Assembly: GCA_976226885.1 (NCBI GenBank)
Contig: OZ320314.1
Span: 104,036,001 to 104,100,000, forward strand
Source: Iphione sp. A-MEVVRFRX5
Lineage: Eukaryota
Direction of reading: 5' to 3'
Length of the DNA stretch: 64,000 nt
The notes below the pieces were generated by a model. The model saw only the letters and a program-made list of their open reading frames with translations. It searched no databases and was not told the DNA's origin. This document shows, in pieces, positions 53,801 to 64,000 of the stretch (its first letter is position 1; each line of letters starts with the position of its first letter). Made by a program: the position numbers and the translations under genes.

Positions 53801-54803
53801 GAGGAGGGTATGGGGGAGGCAAGAGTGGTGTGTAGAACGCAAAAACTTCAATCAGAAGCCTCCCCTTTGTATTGGAGGTATGAGAAGAGTAACAAACATA
53901 GTAACAAACATTTGGTAAAAAAAATCTGTTCTGCAACTGTTTAGTCGCAAAACCACATCTTGGGCCTCTCTCCCCTGGAGATGGACACACGCTCACCTCC
54001 CTGTAAATTTGAATCGGTTCTCCCTCTTTCAATTAATTCATAAGGCTTGTCAATTCTTTTCCCAGTTTCGATATTTGTTCCATCATTATTCTGTTCCTCA
54101 TCAAATGAATGATATCCAGTGTACAAATTATTACTAAGTAAAAGAGTGGGTCATTGTGGTCTTACATGCATGATTGCGTTGAATTTGCCTTGTGTTTGTG
54201 TTGTTTGTTTTCACACAGTGCTTGTAAATTTCATGAAACACCACACATTAGTAGGATATGGAAAATGGCACTATTTAATAGGTTGTAAAATTTAATAGGT
54301 TATAGGCTAACTTTATCTTAAATTCATATAAAAATCGAATATACATATTAACCTGCACAAATGCCATAGTCGCACAAATTTCAGGACATTTGTGGAAAAT
54401 AACACATTTGGCACAATTCCAAGACATTCATGGGAAAAAACACGCACACACGGCTCATTTTCAATGGATTCCATAGCTCGCCTAGTTTATGTGAGACAAG
54501 GCAGGAAACACACATGCAATGCAGCCAAACATGAGCAGAAGGACACCTGTTCACAGGCGTTTGTGGGAGAGGGGATTAATTATAGGTCAGCTCAATGCAG
54601 TGCAAATAAAAAGGAAATGCATTAATGCATGTATAGAAAATAAACCTCATGTTCTCAGGAAATTAGGCCACATGAGAGGAGTGCGGTGGTGAAGATGAAT
54701 ATTCGAGTCTCAGGTGCCAAACTCTACATGATATGGGATTACCCTTTAGCCCGAAAAGGTACAAAGCCCTCATTGCATCCCCCTGCATTTGTAAGGACAT
54801 TAA

Positions 54804-54862
54804 ATGTATATGCTTGCCTTTTGGAAAAGAAATTTTCTTTTCCCAAAGGCAAGCATATACAT
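54804..54862. repeat. 59-bp near-perfect palindrome (29-bp arms, 1-nt spacer, 1 mismatch)
   Basis: ATGTATATGCTTGCCTTTTGGAAAAGAAA-T-TTTCTTTTCCCAAAGGCAAGCATATACAT. Confidence 0.95.
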
Positions 54863-55149
54863 ATACAGAATACACAAACACAAAGCGAAGCAACCATAGA
54901 ACAAACGCCCTCGATGCAATTTGAAGATCCCATCCTTGGAAACACATCTGGCGTAGAATCGAATAGATTACAATTGGAATACGCACAACTATTGCCGCAT
55001 TCAGCACGACGCTGTTGAAGCTTGTTCCCAACAACTAGGGATTGGCCCATTGAGACGAGCCGCCCGGAGAAAGGAAGGATGGTCCGTGAGGGAAGATAGA
55101 CGGCCCGATCGCATTGTGAAGACCACCGGCCGCTGACCGGGGACCTGCC

Positions 55150-55520
55150 GAGCGAGCGGCGGTGCCTGGTGCCGAATGACTTCTATTGATGTATGCAGCA
55201 GGGCCGGGCAAGTGGAAGGCATATTATTGAAAGGTCCTCCTGAAAAATGATAGCCACCCGCCATATGGCCCGGCAGAGGTCGACAGGGGTGCTATTTCTT
55301 GGCACACTAGCGGTGGCCGCGTGCTCGTTGGGCCTTTGTTCTGGCCGACCTCGGGGCGCGATGGTCTGCCGTATCCGGCTCTCTTCCATTTGCCTCTAAT
55401 GAGCGCTGTATCGAGTGGCTAAGTTTAATACCCCTCCTGCAAGGGCCCTGTCGGTCGGTGTCGTTAAGGACCATGCACGCCCGCTACCAAATGGCCCTTC
55501 CTGTCTATAGACCTTGGCGA
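55150..55520 (+). mobile_element. Possible decayed Gypsy integrase N-terminal (zinc-finger to first-D) fragment
   Basis: RRCLVP, then in one frame LFWPTSGRD (W at 55342) and TKWPFLSIDL (55492-55515), resembling YWPxMxxD...PWxxISxD with roughly plausible spacing. Confidence 0.35.
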
Positions 55521-57029
55521 TTGGGTGCCCGGAGTTCTGGCCTCGACTATTTCACTCACTCAGCCCAGATCGTAAGGACTCGTGGGTTTATAGCACCCCT
55601 GAAGAGCACGGTCCCGTTTCAGTCAACTACAAGTAACTGACCATTCCAACATCTAAATTGGCACAGCGGGGAAATAGAGTTATAATGGGATTATTTCTAA
55701 TGATCTTGGTTACATCCAGTGTGACTGCCAGAAGGCCTCAACACCTTCGTGACGGGCCTAACCCAATAACCACCACCACCACCAGCGCTGACATTCTCTC
55801 CCCAACCCTCATCTCAACATGTAACATTACGACTAGCTCGCAGCTCGTATATTGGCAGTATTCCTACCCAGGTTTGCAACGACCTTAATTTCACCGTCCT
55901 AAGCTCCGTTTTGTTTAATTAGTTCATCTGCTTTCCAGTAATATTCTTCAAGGAAACATCCGACTGGTCCTAACAGAACAAATAAATACATGTACACACG
56001 ACATTTCGATAAACATTTAATGGATACGCATTACACATTCTAATGCAAGTTTGTTTTCAGTACCCGATTAGAAGCTTTAGGTACTTATGCTCGACTTATT
56101 ACCTGTGTGTCCATGACTTAACAAAGAAACCTAATACAAACAAAAAAGTGTAGTTCATGTACTTAATGCCATTTAACCCATATCCCCAATGACCCATTAC
56201 TATTGAAACACCTTTGTTTTCCATCTAAATACGAAAGATTAACGCAGAGCCGATGTAGCTTGTATCAATTGACGACCACCGGTGCCGAAGGTCATGAACT
56301 TTTTATAACAGCGACCCCGTAGACCACACCCGTCGTGTAGGTAACTAGCTGCAGAGATTCGGAGCTGAGTATAAGTTCCTCCTTTAATACAGGAGAGCTC
56401 GGTGGGTGCGGATCAATAGTGGACCCTTGTGCGACTTGTTTGATGAATGTCAACAGGATAAGCGGTACTTCTGCGCCTCGGAATGTCACGTTAGAGGTTC
56501 TAAAATGAATGCTAGCAAGTCGTGTCCGTAGGCCAAAAGCTCAGTTCGCACTTCTATACCGTCTTTATGATGTACCGAAGCGCAGTTTCTGAAATGGCAA
56601 AGAAGTACCGTAAAACTATAAATTAAAAGATTTAACGGTTGGCTTTTTGTTAGAGGTTTAAATATCAGTGCGATGGCCTTGACGTGAACTTACCACTTCG
56701 AAAGGCATGTATAAATAGAGACAACAATAGTACACAGAAAGGTCTATTTTATCATTCGATTCTATGTTACTTTCAAGTGCTGGACGAAATAAAAATGCAA
56801 AGGCTTGGAAGGTATAGGTACACGTTTCAAATGTAGCTATATGCGAATCATGAGAAGGATCTTTGAAAGAAATGACTTGGAGGATAAGCAAGAATATAAA
56901 TTACACATATCATTCTATCCTTGCAGACCTGGCATTACATTGAAAACGATTAAAGTAGTTGTTTACTAATAGTTTACTGTGGCAACAAAAGTATTGATTT
57001 ATACGTGTATATAAATCTGATGACAAATA

Positions 57030-57197
57030 CAGTGGAAACCCTATTTGCGACCACCACTTGGGACCAAGCTGAAGTGGCCTCAAAGGTATTAATTAGGGGA
57101 TCAACTGTATAGATGCCAAGATTTTGATTCTCACCCCAGGTGGCCTCAAATAGAGAATGGTCTTAAATCGATGTGGTCTCAAATAGGGTTTCCACTG
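57030..57197. mobile_element. MITE (168 bp) with 25-bp TIRs and TA TSD, Tc1/mariner/pogo-type
   Basis: Left CAGTGGAAACCCTATTTGCGACCAC versus right reverse complement CAGTGGAAACCCTATTTGAGACCAC (24/25); TA at 57028-57029 and 57198-57199. Confidence 0.9.
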
Positions 57198-58895
57198 TAG
57201 CTTTAGCTTCATTTTAGTTTTATTTGATGTGCAAGGCTTTTCTACAAATTCTCTGAAATACACACAAGAAAACAACAAACAAAGCATATTCTATGAAACA
57301 AATAAACCCAACACAGCTAATAGCGTACTAGGACAGAGCTTGTAACTTTTTAATTCTTAAGGCTGGCTTGTGTTTGGAATGACATATCTTTAAAAAGCAG
57401 GTCATCCCATCGTCTCGCACCTTGAATTATAAATAATAACCAACGTTTATGTTCTTAAGCTACTGGAGAATGATTTGAAGCTTACCCAACACATTCCACT
57501 TGACCGAAGATTCTTCAGGCTCTGATTCCTGCACGTGCGCCTTCCGCACTGGTCTTTAGCATGTCCGGAAGGGCCAGTCGTGACCTCCTTTTCTAGGTAT
57601 GCCTAAGAGGTACGTCGGGTAATGGAAAACTGACCGTTGCTCATACTGTGTCACTATGATTCGTGTCCAATTTTTCTTTATTTCAGAGGGAAAATCTCGC
57701 CATCATAATCACTTACGCCATCATAACCAACAGCGATTATTAGATTACTTTATATCTCGAAATGGTAGTGAAGGTAAAATCGAATGCTGGTTGCAATTAC
57801 TCATTTTGATGTAAACGAAACACCAGTTGAAATAAAGAGATTAATAAATATAATATCAGCAACATAAACAACAGCAGCGGCAAAACCATCACCAGCGTAC
57901 CGGCTACTACTCTCCCTACGGTCCCTTATTCTACTCCCTGGCGTCTCAACACTCCTTCACTTACCCTGCCTCCTACTGTCCTTCATCCTGCTGCCCTTGA
58001 TCCAGGTGCTTCATATTCCCCACGTTCTTTCACTTCTTATTTCCGTACTTATACTCTTCATATTCCCCGCTTTCTATTCTCACGGTTTCTGTCTTCCTCC
58101 TACCCGTTTTTATTTGGTCTCTTCCTTATGTACCCTCGCCTCCTTTTATGTTTATATTCCTAGCTCCTTTCTTCCTACTCTCTACATTCTCCCTTCTTCT
58201 AGCTGTCCTATTTCCAACCTCCCTCACCCATCCTTTACCCAAATCTTAATCAAACTCTCCTTCCAGTACCTCCAACTGCACATTTTTTCCTGCCTCCTAA
58301 TCTTCCCGTTCTTTCATTACTTCTCCTCCAACTCTATTTTTCCAAATCCCCTCTTCCTATTGTCTCTCCTATTTTCACGTCTGCGTTTTTCTTCCTACTC
58401 TTCTTCCTTTTGATCACCTTCTACTATTTTCTCTTCAGTTCTCTGTGATACGACATCATTCCATCACCCCATTGCTAAGACGAAGAATTTCTGATATATC
58501 TCCATATTTCTTTCCTTTTGCATGATTTTGATCGTGAATACAGTTACATGTAAGGGAACTCTCTTATGGATCCTTGTTTATTCAAGAAGAGGGGCCCATA
58601 CAGGTATCGGATTCCAGACAACGTACATTTATATTCGTTTTTTCCTGCTCTTTAACAGAGTACTGGTCAGTATGGCATAATAAACTAATCAGAACATATT
58701 GTGAAACATATTTCACAATTCCACAATAAACTGAAGTTAAGAAGACAGAACATTCAGCCATCTCAACTAAGACAGGAGCTGGAATAACGCGTAGATCACA
58801 GCAGGTCAAAAGTTCTGCCCTCGTTAGATAAAATCTGACTGTATGATCTTATGCTCACGGACCTTATATGCTTGTCTGCTGTAAGGTAAGTGCCT

Positions 58896-59131
58896 TGTTG
58901 AACTGGTCCTTTCCCCTCTGAAACATTATTCAGACATTCAATCATTTTATTACTTTTTCCTGTATTTTTCCCGAAGGATTGGTATTGGAAATGCTACTGA
59001 TGATTGCGTTTTTGATGCAGATTTGTTGTTCAAGTCTTGTAGTCGGAATTGATAATAATATTGGTGTTGATGTTAGTGATGCTGGTCCCTGTTGAACTGG
59101 TACTTTCCCCTCTGAAACAATATTCAGCCAT
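58896..59131. repeat. Direct repeat with 194-bp period running into the assembly gap
   Basis: TGTTGAACTGGT(C/A)CTTTCCCCTCTGAAACA(T/A)TATTCAG(A/C)CAT at 58896 and again at 59090, where the second copy is cut by Ns. Confidence 0.8.
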
Positions 59132-59267
59132 NNNNNNNNNNNNNNNNNNNNNNNNNNNNNNNNNNNNNNNNNNNNNNNNNNNNNNNNNNNNNNNNNNNNN
59201 NNNNNNNNNNNNNNNNNNNNNNNNNNNNNNNNNNNNNNNNNNNNNNNNNNNNNNNNNNNNNNNNNNN
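59132..59267. other. Assembly gap (136 N)
   Basis: Run of N. Confidence 1.
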
Positions 59268-59468
59268 CTATGTCTCTTTCTCCCACATTGTCTGTCCTCT
59301 ATCTTCTCTGTTTTCTCTCTCTCCCTGTTTGATAACGAGATGATGTTGTGATCGTGGGTATCATGGGTTAAAGAATCATCTACTCATGGTAACATTAAGA
59401 TCAGATTGTGTAATTCGGTTATGATGCTATATTTTCTTAGTATGAATATGACATGGCACGGCTAGGGT

Positions 59469-59700
59469 GTGGTATGCAATGATTTGGTCCCCGAAAGCGA
59501 CAGAATGCGACGGAGTTACCCAAGGACATCACAGATTAAAAGCTTCCAAAAGCCCACAGCGGGATGGACAAAAGACGAACCTGGTGGGGGAACAGGCATA
59601 TATATTGAACCACGATGGACACAAAAAAGAGAATCAATTGATAAAACCTTTGAAGAGAGAGATGACTTCCCATACAATCAATGCAGAGGGGCTCACCTGC
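59469..59700 (+). mobile_element. Possible LINE AP-endonuclease fragment
   Basis: TKDEPGGGTGIYIEPRW resembles RxDRxGGGVxIYIxxxW. Confidence 0.3.
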
Positions 59701-62243
59701 ACGGAAAAGTTGCAGGTGATAGAAACGGTATTGCTGGTATCAAAGGTACACTGAAAGACCTCAACTGAGTAGTGTACTGGGCGTAAACTACTACTACTAC
59801 AATGAAAAAAAAACTACGAGATGGAAGTGCTTCCGCGACAAACAACTTCGAGTAACTGTCAGACTTTTGTGAGATCAATTGTAGTCAGAAACGTTAAGGA
59901 AAACCAAACACTGCACTCAACCTATTTTAAGCCGATCTTTACCAAAAAGAAATAATGACAATGGACAAAATAATGACAATTGAAAAAATGGGAGCTCTTA
60001 TGTTTCTCGTTTTTTGATATCTTCCGAGTCAGCCTCTTAGAGGGTAGGTACCGAATCGTCTAGTCTATCCAGAATTATTTATGGATAACGTAATCTTCAG
60101 GCTTTTTATAAAGGAAGCAGTGAGAAGGAGTGAGGCTTCATCACGCAATGTCTTCCATGTGAAAAAAAGAGGAGTAAAAGCAAAGGCTTCCAACACAATC
60201 ACGAAAAGGGGGACTCCCTTATCATGATGTGTATTCTATGCAGCCACGGATATACTCAGGCTTCACGTACCAGACTACACAACGCAAACCTGTAACGGAG
60301 GAGATCGTAGAACTGCGGAGATAGATTCTTAAAGTGTAGTAATCTAGGTTAAACAGACAATTTATTAGCAAGACACATTCACTCATCAGAAGTATACATG
60401 TACATGTAATTGTACCTATCACAGAATATGCTTCGGGCATAAACACAAATTTTTGCTCATAAAAGCCTTCAAATATTTCTGCAACATCAGTCTACAAGAG
60501 ACTACGCCTCAATGCTTCAAAGCCACAGGTTACTGTGGGAAGAGATTATCATATATGGAAGAACAAATAGAAGAACTGATACCTGAGTCCTGGGATAAAA
60601 CCCATGATGTGCAGATGTATGAGAGGCCTACGCATATATATCGCCAGATTTAATCGATTTAAGGTATCTATCTAGCAAGTTGTGGTTTGAAGTGATTGAT
60701 CATTTTATGAGATTCAAGAGCTTTAAAACCATTTTGCTAGAATACGGAAAAAATAAACTTTGCATGATTAAAATATTATGAACAAATGACAATGGATAGT
60801 GGTGTAGATGTATGTGATGTAGCGTTATTCTTCAAGAGTCTAAGCTTCAGAGAGTGGCTGTACATAATCAATACGCACTTTTATCGGAATATGAGCATCA
60901 AAAGTTGTCCTTTACCTGTTATCTTTTTCATCTCAGTATCTCAACTTTATAGTACCCATATTTACAAAATTCATTCAGGCATGTTACATTCTATCTCATT
61001 TGTAATTTCTATGCTAGCTGTCATATCTTCTCATCTTATTTTGTTACAGAGAAAAACTTTATCGAATAATGCTGACAGTATTTATCTTTATGTGAGTATA
61101 AAATTCTCCGAAAAAGAGTATTGAATAAAGCATACCTCAAAAAATGTAAATAGGACATTGTGGTATATATCCAAGCATATATACTGGATACTGTCTAATG
61201 TGGCCACTTGATGGAGCGGCAGTTCTGGCCTTAATAGAAGGTTGTTTTCTTAAATATCGTTTGGGGCCAGCGCAAATTGCCCTTAATTCTCAGTTACCCT
61301 CTTACTTGAGTTGCCCACTAGGTTGCCACTGTATGGTACTAATTTGTTAGCATTGGCGTGAAGAATATATAGTCACACCTCGTTATCCATGGAGTATTAA
61401 TAGAATTATAGCATCAGATAGGGTAAGCCACATCGTGGGCCATAAAGACAAGGGTTTTAATAGCGCGTTTGTTATAGAGTTAGGTCAGCTAGATTAGTAG
61501 TACTTACTTAGTTTTAAAACACAGGGTAACAAACGTTGGCTTGTATCAAAAGTGATATTTTAAAGGTGTATGCATAACCATGATAACGGTACCATGCAAC
61601 TATTTATACTCATCAGAGACCATGTGCTGTGCTAAACTCGACAACCCTCTCTTACTATCACGTACAATATCCTTTTAGTAAGAGATAAAAAAAAGTCTGC
61701 AACACTCATTACGATACAACTTCACAATGCATCTGAAGAGTTATCTCTTTCAAGTTCAATAAATGCAATTACGGTTTAGATAAACCGGTACTTTGTAATC
61801 GGTCAAGCCTTAGGGCGGACCATCGGTATGATTTAGTAAACACAGCACACGGTTATATCACTTTTATTATTTTCTCTCATCTTATCATTTCGTTTTCTAC
61901 TCTAGCTTCTATGAATCCATGATCAGCGGACTCAAATTACGACTCCTGCGATCTGTTCGCTCCTCGCTCATACCTTACAAGGAAAATCGTGAACGGAGGG
62001 GCAATTTTAGAACATCACATAAGAGACAGCATCGAACACCAGAAAGATATCAAGAGTAAATTAAAACCAAGATGAATGCTCTGAAGGTCAACCCGCCGTT
62101 TTTAGGTGACGTTTATCTTTCCCCACTCAGACATTACTGTAGGATCTTAAGGCCCGTCGACAATGGTGAGCGCAGGGACTTATTGTAGTCCATTCGTGTG
62201 CCATCCGGAGACAATATTCTCCCTTTTTTTCTTTGTCTTATGA

Positions 62244-62519
62244 TTAACATCTAAGTCCCCTGGCCTTGAGGGGCGATGGAAAGCTAAGTGCCGACGGGAG
62301 GAACTTATCAAAGTGTCGGTGCAGGTGGCACAAGGCGATGTATGGGATAGTAAGCCACACTTCCAGGTGTGATGTGCAAATATCACATCGACTTGTTTGC
62401 CGGCGCGCCACCGTATTCATCAAGTATGTATGGGAACACTGAAACGTGTCGAATAAGAAGCGCCGGTGCCTCCCCCCCACCCCACCTCCATGCTTAATAC
62501 ACGCATCAAAATGATCCAT
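62244..62519 (-). mobile_element. Possible LINE AP-endonuclease fragment
   Basis: HGGGV followed by RCDICTSHLEVWLTIP, resembling RGGGV...LEVLWxxIRP. Confidence 0.35.
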
Positions 62520-63213
62520 AGAACGAGGAGAGACATCGTTCTCTTCCCTTCAGAACTGATGTCATAATTTTCCCCTCTAATTATCAGAGTCTGTCATGAG
62601 TTTCAGATGTATGATCTCCTCCGTATATATGGGTTTGTTCTTCTTAACGTGAGCCTTTAGTGAGGCGGCGACTTTCCGGCCTCTTCTGAATTATTTATCA
62701 ACTTTGATTTACATATTCATGTCAAGTGCCATCACTCAAGCGGGGCTACAGTTTCAATTCTGTCAGGTCGATTAAACACAAATTGACCAATTGCTGTTCT
62801 CCCATTACTGGCCTGTCAGCGGCTCGTTACCGTGCTTCCGGTGAGCTGGCATACAATGGATGTGAGTAGCATACGTAGAGTGGGCTCAGTAGCAGGCGAC
62901 GACATGAACATTATACATGTGCATACAGAGCTCAGTGGCACTGACCCGCATCACGCGTCAACCTATTCACACACCAACGCCCTCCCTATCTCCAAAAAAA
63001 AGTTTACGCCCTATATGACTACCAGCCAAAGCAAGGGGCAGATAGACCGCCCTGCCTCGCCTTTTGACACGAAGATTACATATACAAAGAAACACTGGTC
63101 TAGGATAACATGAGGCGGCACAGCCCATGTGGCTGTCATCCGTGAGGTCGCCCGCCGTCTGCAGTAAGGCATACAACTGACTTACATACAAACACAGCGA
63201 AATGGCTGGAGTT

Positions 63214-63253
63214 GGAGGAGGAGGAGGAGGAGGAGGAGGAGGAGGAGGAGGAG
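63214..63253. repeat. (GGA)13 microsatellite
   Basis: Read directly. Confidence 0.95.
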
Positions 63254-63399
63254 TCCTAGGTGTTTGTCGGCGGTGACAAGGTTGTCCACCACCACTGCCC
63301 AGATTAATGTCGCAATGATATGCTCAGGGAAACCCGACGCGCTCTGATGGGTCAACAAACAGCGGCCAGGAGAGTGGTCGGCGGGCCGCGGTCCGGGCC

Positions 63400-63900
63400 G
63401 CAGAGGCTGCTCTACATTGACGGCTTGTCAGGCATGGAGACCGAGAAGGCGACCGGTCCGCATACAAATGATGGCCAGACACCTCCCAATGCTCGACGAC
63501 AGGCCTAGCCGCACATAACCACCACCCACGAAGGGGCCCCTCCGATGGCTTTACCCGAGGATTCGGTCCCCTTTAGTATGTCTGAACCCTGCGGTAAATA
63601 TTACTCTCAAGTAAAATTTAGGCCCAAGCACCTCAAAGCCCTCAAGGACACATCTCTGCCTTGGTTATGTCGTCTATTATACGATCATATTTCAGAAACT
63701 TTTCAAGCTAATCTCCGTCTTCAGGCACTTCACTATACCTTTCAATGGATTAACACAAACTTACCACTGCAAGTTTCCTACGTGTTTTGTACCTTGTACC
63801 CTGCCTCAAATCCGCTTGGCTGCTTTCCAGTGCTACAAACTGTGTGGCTTCTGCAATCTGCTCATAGACCCATACCTAAAGCATACATTTTCGTATACTA
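63400..63900 (+). mobile_element. Possible LINE RT N-terminal fragment(s)
   Basis: QRLL..GMETEKATGP, PKHLKALKDTSLPWLCRLL and AHRPI resemble the start of LINE RT. Confidence 0.3.
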
Positions 63901-64000
63901 CTCACAGCAGGCTTTTTTTTTCCAGACGTCAGTCCCAGCAATTACCTCCTTGGAAAACTCTCTAGGTAACTGTGTAGAATAGTCTACGACTAACCAAATG

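Noticed and set aside
57997-58413. 138-aa hydrophobic ORF
   Set aside because: Stop-poor pyrimidine-rich low-complexity DNA; non-ATG start and no recognisable domain.
63545-63982. 145-aa ATG-initiated ORF as a host gene
   Set aside because: No coding-type codon bias like the real gene; fragments resemble decayed LINE RT.

Overview
Eukaryotic (metazoan, most likely marine invertebrate) genomic DNA, roughly 40% GC, gene-poor and repeat-rich, with one 136-N assembly gap (59132-59267). One protein-coding gene is well supported: an intronless, GC/CpG-rich 730-codon ORF (19761-21953, +). It encodes a signal-peptide-bearing, cysteine-rich protein built as two related halves separated by an ShK-type six-cysteine domain, followed by a low-complexity stalk and a hydrophobic C-terminus (GPI signal or single TM). 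No gene symbol is recognised. The rest is largely transposon debris: a ~3 kb decayed APE+RT LINE interrupted by a clean 503-bp solo LTR, a decayed Ty3/Gypsy integrase, about ten shorter and weaker LINE relics, four MITE-like elements, a TSD-flanked element carrying a (TTAGGG)n tract inserted in a 33-bp minisatellite, microsatellites and a 59-bp near-perfect palindrome. The octamer TACATGTA is strongly over-represented. No rRNA, tRNA, CRISPR or prokaryotic features are supported. All protein-family assignments are by eye, without database searches.
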